Positions 48,701 to 60,700 of a stretch of 64,000 bases of DNA are shown here, piece after piece; the first letter of the stretch is position 1, and each line of letters starts with the position of its first letter. The notes below the pieces were generated by a model that was not told the DNA's origin, made no database searches, and was given only the letters and a program-made list of their open reading frames with translations. A program made the translations under genes and the position numbers. Source of the DNA: Eledone cirrhosa (lineage: Eukaryota); the NCBI GenBank assembly GCA_964016885.1, contig OZ024742.1:146444001-146508000 (forward strand), given 5' to 3'.

Positions 48701-51700
48701 GCTTAGAAGCTGTCATCATTCCCTTCTCATAGGGCTTAGAAGCAGTCATCATTCCCCTCTCACGGGGCTTAGAAGCTGTCATCTTGCCCTTCTCATATGG
48801 TTTAGAAGCAGTCATCTTTCCCTTCTCATACGGCTTAGAAGCAGTCATCTTACCCTTCTCATAGGGCTTAGAAGCTGTCATCTTTCCCTTCTCATAAGGC
48901 TTAGAAGCAGTCATCTTTCCCTTCTCATAGGGCTTAGAAGCAGTCATCTTTCCCTTCTCACAGGGCTTAGAAGCTGTCATCTTTCCCTTCTCATAGAGCT
49001 TAGAAGCTATCATCTTTCCCCTCTCATAGGGCTTAGAAGCAGTCATCTTTCCCTTCTCATAGAGCTTAGAAGCTGTCATCATTCCCTTCTCATAGGGCTT
49101 AGAAGCAGTCATCATTCCCCTCACAGGGCTTAGAAGCTGTCATCTTTCCCTTCTCATAGGGCTTAGAAGCAGTCATCATTCCCTTTTCATAGGGCTTAGA
49201 AGCCATCATGTTTCCCTTCTCATAGGGCTTAGAAGCAGTCATCTTTCCCTTCTCATAGGGCTTAGAAGCAGTCATCATTCCCTTCTCATAGGGCTTAGAA
49301 GCAGTCATCTTTCCCTTCTCATAGGGCTTAGAAGCAGTCATCTTTCCCTTCTCATAGGGCTTAGAAGCTGTCATCATTCCCTTCTCATAGGGCTTAGAAG
49401 CTGTCATCTTTCACTTCTCATAGGGCTTAGAAGCAGTCATCATTTCCTTCTCATAGGGCTTAGAAGCAGTCATCTTTCCCTTCTCATAGGGCTTAGAAGC
49501 TGTCATCTTTCACTTCTCATAGGGCTTAGAAGCAGTCATCTTTCCCTTCTCATAGGGCTTAGAAGCAGTCATCATTTCCTTCTCATAGGGCTTAGAAGCA
49601 GTCATCTTTCCCTTCTCATAGGGCTTAGAAGCTGTCATCTTTCACTTCTCATAAGGCTCAGAAGCAGTCATCTTTCCCTTCTCATAGGGCTTAGAAGCAG
49701 TCATCTTTCCCTTCTCATAGGGCTTAGAAGCAGTCATCATTCCCTTCTCATAGGGCTTAGAAGCAGTCATCTTTCCCTTCTCATAGGGCTTAGAAGCTGT
49801 CATCATTCCCTTCTCATAGGGCTTAGAAGCAGTCATCTTTCCCTTCTCATAGAGCTTAGAAGCTGTCATCATTCCCTTCTCATAGGGCTTAGAAGCAGTC
49901 ATCATTCCCCTCACAGGGCTTAGAAGCTGTCATCTTTCCCTTCTCATAGGGCTTAGAAGCAGTCATCATTCCCTTTTCATAGGGCTTAGAAGCCATCATG
50001 TTTCCCTTCTCATAGGGCTTAGAAGCAGTCATCTTTCCCTTCTCATAGGGCTTAGAAGCAGTCATCATTCCCTTCTCATAGGGCTTAGAAGCAGTCATCT
50101 TTCCCTTCTCATAGGGCTTAGAAACTGTCATCTTTCCCTTCTCATAGGGCTTAGAAGCAGTCATCATTCCCTTCTCATAGGGCTTAGAAGCAGTCATCAT
50201 TCCCTTCTCATAGGGCTTAGAAGCCATCATCTTTCCCTTCTCATAGGGCTTAGAAGCAGTCATCATTCCCTTCTCACAGGGCTTAGAAGACATCATCTTT
50301 CCCTTCTCATAGGGCTTAGAAGCCATCATCTTTCCCTTCTCATAGGGCTTAGAAGCTGTCATCTTTCCCTTCTCATAGGGCTTAGAAGCAGTCATCTTTC
50401 CCTTCTCATAGGGCTTAGAAGCAGTCATCATTCCCTTCTCATAGGGCTTAGAAGCTGTCATCATTCCCCTCTCATAGGGCTTAGAAGCTGTCATCATTCC
50501 CTTCTCATAGGGCTTAGAAGCAGTCATCTTTCCCTTCTCATAGAGCTTAGAAGCTGTCATCATTCCCTTCTCATAGGGCTTAGAAGCCATCATCTTTCCC
50601 TTCTCATAAGGCTTAGAAGCAGTCATCTTTCCCTTCTCATAGAGCTTAGAAGCTGTCATCATTCCCTTCTCATAGGGCTTAGAAGCCATCATCTTTCCCT
50701 TCTCATAGGGCTTAGAAGCAGTCATCTTTCCCTTCTCATAGAGCTTAGAAGCTGTCATCATTCCCTTCTCATAGGGCTTAGAAGCCATCATCTTTCCCCT
50801 CTCATAGGGCTTAGAAGCCGTCATCTTTCCCTTCTCATAGAGCTTAGAAGCAGTCATCTTTCCCCTCTCATAGGGCTTAGAAACCATCATCTTTCCCCTC
50901 TCTTAGGGCTTAGAAGCTGTCATCATTCCCTTCTCATAGGCCTTAGAAGCCATCATCTTTCCCTTCTCATAGGGCTTAGAAGCAGTCATCTTTCCCTTCT
51001 CATAGAGCTTAGAAGCTGTCATCATTCCCTTCTCATAGGGCTTAGAAGCCATCATCTTTCCCTTCTCATAGGGCTTAGAAGCAGTCATCTTTCCCTTCTC
51101 ATAGGGCTTAGAAGCAGTCATCATTCCCTTCTCATAGGGCTTAGAAGCAGTCATCTTTCCCTTCTCATAGGGCTTAGAAGCTGTCATCTTTCCCTTCTCA
51201 TAGGGCTTAGAAGCAGTCATCATTCACTTCTCATAGGGCTTAGAAGCCATCATCTTTCCCTTCTCATAGGGCTTAGAAGCAGTCATCATTCCCTTCTCAT
51301 AGAGCTTAGAAGCTATCATCTTTCCCCTCTCATAGGGCTTAGAAGCAGTCATCATTCCCCTCTCATAGGGCTTAGAAGCAGTCATCATTCCCTTCTCATA
51401 GGGCTTAGAAGCCATCATCTTTCCCTTCTCATAGGGCTTAGAAGCAGTCATCATTCCCTTCTCACAGGGCTTAGAAGACATCATCTTTCCCTTCTCATAG
51501 GGCTTAGAAGCAGTCATCTTTCCCTTCTCATAGGGCTTAGAAGCAGTCATCATTCCCTTCTCATAGGGCTTAGAAGCAGTCATCTTTCCCTTCTCATAGG
51601 GCTTAGAAGCTGTCATCATTCCCCTCTCATAGGGCTTAGAAGCTGTCATCATTCCCTTCTCATAGGGCTTAGAAGCAGTCATCTTTCCCTTCTCATAGAG

Positions 51701-54700
51701 CTTAGAAGCTGTCATCATTCCCTTCTCATAGGGCTTAGAAGCCATCATCTTTCTCTTCTCATAGGGCTTAGAAGCAGTCATCTTTCCCTTCTCATAGGGC
51801 TTAGAAGCAGTCATCATTCCCTTCTCATAGGGCTTAGAAGCAGTCATCTTTCCCTTCTCATAGGGCTTAGAAGCTGTCATCTTTCCCTTCTCATAGGGCT
51901 TAGAAGCAGTCATCTTTCCCTTCTTATAAGGCTTCGAAGCAGTCATCTTTCCCTTCTCACAGGGCTTAGAAGCTGTCATCTTTCCCTTCTCATAGAGCTT
52001 AGAAGCTGTCATCTTTCCCCTCTCATAGGGCTTAGAAGCAGTCATCATTCCCCTCTCATAGGGCTTAGAAGCAGTCATCATTCCCTTCTCATAGGGCTTA
52101 GAAGCAGTCATCATTCCCTTCTCATAGGGCTTAGAAGCTGTCATCATTCCCCTCTCATAGGGCTTAGAAGCTGTCATCATTCTCTTCTCATAGGGCTTAG
52201 AAGCAGTCATCTTTCCCTTCTCATAGAGCTTAGAAGCTGTCATCATTCCCTTCTCATAGGGCTTAGAAGCCATCATCTTTCCCTTCTCATAAGGCTTAGA
52301 AGCAGTCATCTTTCCCTTCTCATAGAGCTTAGAAGCTGTCATCATTCCCTTCTCATAGGGCTTAGAAGCCATCATCTTTCCCTTCTCATAGGGCTTAGAA
52401 GCAGTCATCTTTCCCTTCTCATAGAGCTTAGAAGCTGTCATCATTCCCTTCTCATAGGGCTTAGAAGCCATCATCTTTCCCCTCTCATAGGGCTTAGAAG
52501 CCGTCATCTTTCCCTTCTCATAGAGCTTAGAAGCAGTCATCTTTCCCCTCTCATAGGGCTTAGAAACCATCATCTTTCCCCTCTCTTAGGGCTTAGAAGC
52601 TGTCATCATTCCCTTCTCATAGGCCTTAGAAGCCATCATCTTTCCCTTCTCATAGGGCTTAGAAGCAGTCATCTTTCCCTTCTCATAGAGCTTAGAAGCT
52701 GTCATCATTCCCTTCTCATAGGGCTTAGAAGCCATCATCTTTCCCTTCTCATAGGGCTTAGAAGCAGTCATCTTTCCCTTCTCATAGGGCTTAGAAGCAG
52801 TCATCATTCCCTTCTCATAGGGCTTAGAAGCAGTCATCTTTCCCTTCTCATAGGGCTTAGAAGCTGTCATCTTTCCCTTCTCATAGGGCTTAGAAGCAGT
52901 CATCATTCACTTCTCATAGGGCTTAGAAGCCATCATCTTTCCCTTCTCATAGGGCTTAGAAGCAGTCATCATTCCCTTCTCATAGAGCTTAGAAGCTATC
53001 ATCTTTCCCCTCTCATAGGGCTTAGAAGCAGTCATCATTCCCCTCTCATAGGGCTTAGAAGCAGTCATCATTCCCTTCTCATAGGGCTTAGAAGCCATCA
53101 TCTTTCCCTTCTCATAGGGCTTAGAAGCAGTCATCATTCCCTTCTCATAGGGCTTAGAAGCAGTCATCTTTCCCTTCTCATAGGGCTTAGAAGCTGTCAT
53201 CTTTCCCTTCTCATAGGGCTTAGAAGCAGTCATCTTTCCCTTCTCATAGGGCTTAGAAGCAGTCATCTTTCCCTTCTCATAGGGCTTAGAAGCAGTCATC
53301 ATTCCCTTCTCATAGGGCTTAGAAGCAGTCATCTTTCCCTTCTCATAGGGCTTAGAAGCTGTCATCATTCCCCTCTCATAGGGCTTAGAAGCTGTCATCA
53401 TTCCCTTCTCATAGGGCTTAGAAGCAGTCATCTTTCCCTTCTCATAGAGCTTAGAAGCTGTCATCATTCCCTTCTCATAGGGCTTAGAAGCCATCATCTT
53501 TCTCTTCTCATAGGGCTTAGAAGCAGTCATCTTTCCCTTCTCATAGGGCTTAGAAGCAGTCATCATTCCCTTCTCATAGGGCTTAGAAGCAGTCATCTTT
53601 CCCTTCTCATAGGGCTTAGAAGCTGTCATCTTTCCCTTCTCATAGGGCTTAGAAGCAGTCATCTTTCCCTTCTTATAAGGCTTCGAAGCAGTCATCTTTC
53701 CCTTCTCACAGGGCTTAGAAGCTGTCATCTTTCCCTTCTCATAGAGCTTAGAAGCTGTCATCTTTCCCCTCTCATAGGGCTTAGAAGCAGTCATCATTCC
53801 CCTCTCATAGGGCTTAGAAGCAGTCATCATTCCCTTCTCATAGGGCTTAGAAGCAGTCATCATTCCCTTCTCATAGGGCTTAGAAGCTGTCATCATTCCC
53901 CTCTCATAGGGCTTAGAAGCTGTCATCATTCTCTTCTCATAGGGCTTAGAAGCAGTCATCTTTCCCTTCTCATAGAGCTTAGAAGCTGTCATCATTCCCT
54001 TCTCATAGGGCTTAGAAGCCATCATCTTTCCCTTCTCATAAGGCTTAGAAGCAGTCATCTTTCCCTTCTCATAGAGCTTAGAAGCTGTCATCATTCCCTT
54101 CTCATAGGGCTTAGAAGCCATCATCTTTCCCTTCTCATAGGGCTTAGAAGCAGTCATCTTTCCCTTCTCATAGAGCTTAGAAGCTGTCATCATTCCCTTC
54201 TCATAGGGCTTAGAAGCCATCATCTTTCCCCTCTCATAGGGCTTAGAAGCCGTCATCTTTCCCTTCTCATAGAGCTTAGAAGCAGTCATCTTTCCCCTCT
54301 CATAGGGCTTAGAAACCATCATCTTTCCCCTCTCTTAGGGCTTAGAAGCTGTCATCATTCCCTTCTCATAGGCCTTAGAAGCCATCATCTTTCCCTTCTC
54401 ATAGGGCTTAGAAGCAGTCATCTTTCCCTTCTCATAGAGCTTAGAAGCTGTCATCATTCCCTTCTCATAGGGCTTAGAAGCCATCATCTTTCCCTTCTCA
54501 TAGGGCTTAGAAGCAGTCATCTTTCCCTTCTCATAGGGCTTAGAAGCAGTCATCATTCCCTTCTCATAGGGCTTAGAAGCAGTCATCTTTCCCTTCTCAT
54601 AGGGCTTAGAAGCTGTCATCTTTCCCTTCTCATAGGGCTTAGAAGCAGTCATCATTCACTTCTCATAGGGCTTAGAAGCCATCATCTTTCCCTTCTCATA

Positions 54701-57700
54701 GGGCTTAGAAGCAGTCATCATTCCCTTCTCATAGAGCTTAGAAGCTATCATCTTTCCCCTCTCATAGGGCTTAGAAGCAGTCATCATTCCCCTCTCATAG
54801 GGCTTAGAAGCAGTCATCATTCCCTTCTCATAGGGCTTAGAAGCCATCATCTTTCCCTTCTCATAGGGCTTAGAAGCAGTCATCATTCCCTTCTCACAGG
54901 GCTTAGAAGACATCATCTTTCCCTTCTCATAGGGCTTAGAAGCAGTCATCTTTCCCTTCTCATAGGGCTTAGAAGCAGTCATCATTCCCTTCTCATAGGG
55001 CTTAGAAGCAGTCATCTTTCCCTTCTCATAGGGCTTAGAAGCTGTCATCATTCCCCTCTCATAGGGCTTAGAAGCTGTCATCATTCCCTTCTCATAGGGC
55101 TTAGAAGCAGTCATCTTTCCCTTCTCATAGAGCTTAGAAGCTGTCATCATTCCCTTCTCATAGGGCTTAGAAGCCATCATCTTTCTCTTCTCATAGGGCT
55201 TAGAAGCAGTCATCTTTCCCTTCTCATAGGGCTTAGAAGCAGTCATCATTCCCTTCTCATAGGGCTTAGAAGCAGTCATCTTTCCCTTCTCATAGGGCTT
55301 AGAAGCTGTCATCTTTCCCTTCTCATAGGGCTTAGAAGCAGTCATCTTTCCCTTCTTATAAGGCTTCGAAGCAGTCATCTTTCCCTTCTCACAGGGCTTA
55401 GAAGCTATCATCTTTCCCCTCTCATAGGGCTTAGAAGCAGTCATCATTCCCCTCTCATAGGGCTTAGAAGCAGTCATCATTCCCTTCTCATAGGGCTTAG
55501 AAGCCATCATCTTTCCCTTCTCATAGGGCTTAGAAGCAGTCATCATTCCCTTCTCACAGGGCTTAGAAGACATCATCTTTCCCTTCTCATAGGGCTTAGA
55601 AGCAGTCATCTTTCCCTTCTCATAGGGCTTAGAAGCAGTCATCTTTCCCTTCTCATAGGGCTTAGAAGCAGTCATCTTTCCCTTCTCATAGGGCTTAGAA
55701 GCTGTCATCATTCCCTTCTCATAGGGCTTAGAAGCTGTCATCTTTCACTTCTCATAGGGCTTAGAAGCAGTCATCATTTCCTTCTCATAGGGCTTAGAAG
55801 CTGTCATCTTTCACTTCTCATAGGGCTTAGAAGCAGTCATCTTTCCCTTCTCATAGGGCTTAGAAGCAGTCATCATTTCCTTCTCATAGGGCTTAGAAGC
55901 AGTCATCTTTCCCTTCTCATAGGGCTTAGAAGCTGTCATCTTTCACTTCTCATAAGGCTCAGAAGCAGTCATCTTTCCCTTCTCATAGGGCTTAGAAGCA
56001 GTCATCTTTCCCTTCTCATAGGGCTTAGAAGCAGTCATCATTCCCTTCTCATAGGGCTTAGAAGCAGTCATCTTTCCCTTCTCATAGGGCTTAGAAGCTG
56101 TCATCATTCCCTTCTCATAGGGCTTAGAAGCAGTCATCTTTCCCTTCTCATAGAGCTTAGAAGCTGTCATCATTCCCTTCTCATAGGGCTTAGAAGCAGT
56201 CATCATTCCCCTCACAGGGCTTAGAAGCTGTCATCTTTCCCTTCTCATAGGGCTTAGAAGCAGTCATCATTCCCTTTTCATAGGGCTTAGAAGCCATCAT
56301 GTTTCCCTTCTCATAGGGCTTAGAAGCAGTCATCTTTCCCTTCTCATAGGGCTTAGAAGCAGTCATCATTCCCTTCTCATAGGGCTTAGAAGCAGTCATC
56401 TTTCCCTTCTCATAGGGCTTAGAAACTGTCATCTTTCCCTTCTCATAGGGCTTAGAAGCAGTCATCATTCCCTTCTCATAGGGCTTAGAAGCAGTCATCA
56501 TTCCCTTCTCATAGGGCTTAGAAGCCATCATCTTTCCCTTCTCATAGGGCTTAGAAGCAGTCATCATTCCCTTCTCACAGGGCTTAGAAGACATCATCTT
56601 TCCCTTCTCATAGGGCTTAGAAGCCATCATCTTTCCCTTCTCATAGGGCTTAGAAGCTGTCATCTTTCCCTTCTCATAGGGCTTAGAAGCAGTCATCTTT
56701 CCCTTCTCATAGGGCTTAGAAGCAGTCATCATTCCCTTCTCATAGGGCTTAGAAGCTGTCATCATTCCCCTCTCATAGGGCTTAGAAGCTGTCATCATTC
56801 CCTTCTCATAGGGCTTAGAAGCAGTCATCTTTCCCTTCTCATAGAGCTTAGAAGCTGTCATCATTCCCTTCTCATAGGGTTTAGAAGCCATCATCTTTCC
56901 CTTCTCATAAGGCTTAGAAGCAGTCATCTTTCCCTTCTCATAGAGCTTAGAAGCTGTCATCATTCCCTTCTCATAGGGCTTAGAAGCCATCATCTTTCCC
57001 TTCTCATAGGGCTTAGAAGCAGTCATCTTTCCCTTCTCATAGAGCTTAGAAGCTGTCATCATTCCCTTCTCATAGGGCTTAGAAGCCATCATCTTTCCCC
57101 TCTCATAGGGCTTAGAAGCCGTCATCTTTCCCTTCTCATAGAGCTTAGAAGCAGTCATCTTTCCCCTCTCATAGGGCTTAGAAACCATCATCTTTCCCCT
57201 CTCTTAGGGCTTAGAAGCTGTCATCATTCCCTTCTCATAGGCCTTAGAAGCCATCATCTTTCCCTTCTCATAGGGCTTAGAAGCAGTCATCTTTCCCTTC
57301 TCATAGAGCTTAGAAGCTGTCATCATTCCCTTCTCATAGGGCTTAGAAGCCATCATCTTTCCCTTCTCATAGGGCTTAGAAGCAGTCATCTTTCCCTTCT
57401 CATAGGGCTTAGAAGCAGTCATCATTCCCTTCTCATAGGGCTTAGAAGCAGTCATCTTTCCCTTCTCATAGGGCTTAGAAGCTGTCATCTTTCCCTTCTC
57501 ATAGGGCTTAGAAGCAGTCATCTTTCCCTTCTCATAAGGCTTCGAAGCAGTCATCTTTCCCTTCTCACAGGGCTTAGAAGCTGTCATCTTTCCCTTCTCA
57601 TAGAGCTTAGAAGCTGTCATCTTTCCCCTCTCATAGGGCTTAGAAGCAGTCATCATTCCCCTCTCATAGGGCTTAGAAGCAGTCATCATTCACTTCTCAT

Positions 57701-60700
57701 AGGGCTTAGAAGCTGTCATCTTTCCCTTCTCATAGGGCTTAGAAGCAGTCATCTTTCCCTTCTCATAGGGCTTAGAAGCAGTCATCATTCCCTTCTCATA
57801 GGGCTTAGAAACTGTCATCTTTCCCTTCTCATAGGGCTTAGAAGCAGTCATCATTCCCCTCTCATAGGGCTTAGAAGCAGTCATCATTCCCTTCTCATAG
57901 GGCTTAGAAGCTGTCATCTTTCCCTTCTCATAGGGCTTAGAAGCAGTCATCTTTCCCTTCTCATAGGGCTTAGAAGCAGTCATCATTTCCTTCTCATAGG
58001 GCTTAGAAGCAGTCATCTTTCCCTTCTCATAGGGCTTAGAAGCTGTCATCTTTCACTTCTCATAGGGCTCAGAAGCAGTCATCTTTCCCTTCTCATAGGG
58101 CTTAGAAGCAGTCATCTTTCCATTCTCATAGGGCTTAGAAGCAGTCATCATTCCCTTCTCATAGGGCTTAGAAGCAGTCATCTTTCCCTTCTCATAGGGC
58201 TTAGAAGCTGTCATCATTCCCTTCTCATAGAGCTTAGAAGCAGTCATCTTTCCCTTCTCATAGAGCTTAGAAGCTGTCATCATTCCCTTCTCATAGGGCT
58301 TAGAAGCAGTCATCATTCCCCTCACAGGGCTTAGAAGCTGTCATCTTTCCCTTCTCATAGGGCTTAGAAGCAGTCATCATTCCCTTCTCATAGGGCTTAG
58401 AAGCCATCATCTTTCCCTTCTCATAGGGCTTAGAAGCAGTCATCTTTCCCTTCTCATAGGGCTTAGAAGCAGTCATCATTCCCTTCTCATAGGGCTTAGA
58501 AGCAGTCATCTTTCCCTTCTCATAGGGCTTAGAAACTGTCATCTTTCCCTTCTCATAGGGCTTAGAAGCAGTCATCATTCCCTTCTCATAGGGCTTAGAA
58601 GCAGTCATCATTCCCTTCTCATAGGGCTTAGAAGCCATCATCTTTCCCTTCTCATAAGGCTTAGAAGCAGTCATCTTTCCCTTCTCATAGAGCTTAGAAG
58701 CTGTCATCATTCCCTTCTCATAGGGCTTAGAAGCCATCATCTTTCCCTTCTCATAGGGCTTAGAAGCAGTCATCTTTCCCTTCTCATAGAGCTTAGAAGC
58801 TGTCATCATTCCCTTCTCATAGGGCTTAGAAGCCATCATCTTTCCCCTCTCATAGGGCTTAGAAGCCGTCATCTTTCCCTTCTCATAGGGCTTAGAAGCA
58901 GTCATCTTTCCCCTCTCATAGGGCTTAGAAGCAGTCATCTTTCCCCTCTCATAGGGCTTAGAAACCATCATCTTTCCCCTCTCATAGGGCTTAGAAGCTG
59001 TCATCATTCCCTTCTCATAGGCCTTAGAAGCCATCATATTTCCTCTCTCATAGGGCTTAGAAGTAGTCATCTTTCCCCTCTCATAGGGCTTAGAAGCCAT
59101 CATGTTTCCCCTCTCATAGGGCTTAGAAGCCATCATCTTTCCCTTCTCATAGGGCTTAGAAGCAGTCATCTTTCCCTTCTCATAGGGCTTAGAAGCAGTC
59201 ATCTTTCCCTTCTCACAGGGCTTAGAAGCTGTCATCTTTCCCTTCTCATAGGGCTTAGAAGCAGTCATCTTTCCCTTCTCATAGGGCTTAGAAGCTGTCA
59301 TCTTTCCCCTCTCATAGGGCTTAGAAGCAGTCATCATTCCCCTCTTATAGGGCTTAGAAGCAGTCATCATTCCCTTCTCATAGGGCTTAGAAGCAGTCAT
59401 CTTTCCCTTCTCATAGGGCTTAGAAACTGTCATGTTTCCCTTCTCATAGGGCTTAGAAGCAGTCATCATTCCCTTCTCATAGGGCTTAGAAGCAGTCATC
59501 ATTCCCTTCTCATAGGGCTTAGAAGCCATCATCTTTCCCTTCTCATAGGGCTTAGAAGCAGTCATCATTCCCTTCTCACAGGGCTTAGAAGACATCATCT
59601 TTCCCTTCTCATAGGGCTTAGAAGCCATCATCTTTCCCTTCTCATAGGGCTTAGAAGCTGTCATCTTTCCCTTCTCATAGGGCTTAGAAGCAGTCATCTT
59701 TCCCTTCTCATAGGGCTTAGAAGCAGTCATCATTCCCTTCTCATAGGGCTTAGAAGCTGTCATCATTCCCCTCTCATAGGGCTTAGAAGCTGTCATCATT
59801 CCCTTCTCATAGGGCTTAGAAGCAGTCATCTTTCCCTTCTCATAGAGCTTAGAAGCTGTCATCATTACCTTCTCATAGGGCTTAGAAGCCATCATCTTTC
59901 CCTTCTCATAAGGCTTAGAAGCAGCCATCTTTCCCTTCTCATAGAGCTTAGAAGCTGTCATCATTCCCTTCTCATAGGGCTTAGAAGCCATCATCTTTCC
60001 CTTCTCATAGGGCTTAGAAGCAGTCATCTTTCCCTTCTCATAGAGCTTAGAAGCTGTCATCATTCCCTTCTCATAGGGCTTAGAAGCCATCATCTTTCCC
60101 CTCTCATAGGGCTTAGAAGCCGTCATCTTTCCCTTCTCATAGAGCTTAGAAGCAGTCATCTTTCCCCTCTCATAGGGCTTAGAAACCATCATCTTTCCCC
60201 TCTCATAGGGCTTAGAAGCTGTCATCATTCCCTTCTCATAGGCCTTAGAAGCCATCATCTTTCCCTTCTCATAGGGCTTAGAAGCAGTCATCTTTCCCTT
60301 CTCATAGAGCTTAGAAGCTGTCATCATTCCCTTCTCATAGGGCTTAGAAGCCATCATCTTTCCCTTCTCATAGGGCTTAGAAGCAGTCATCTTTCCCTTC
60401 TCATAGGGCTTAGAAGCAGTCATCATTCCCTTCTCATAGGGCTTAGAAGCAGTCATCTTTCCCTTCTCATAGGGCTTAGAAGCTGTCATCTTTCCCTTCT
60501 CATAGGGCTTAGAAGCAGTCATCTTTCCCTTCTCATAAGGCTTCGAAGCAGTCATCTTTCCCTTCTCACAGGGCTTAGAAGCTGTCATCTTTCCCTTCTC
60601 ATAGAGCTTAGAAGCTGTCATCTTTCCCCTCTCATAGGGCTTAGAAGCAGTCATCATTCCCCTCTCATAGGGCTTAGAAGCAGTCATCATTCACTTCTCA

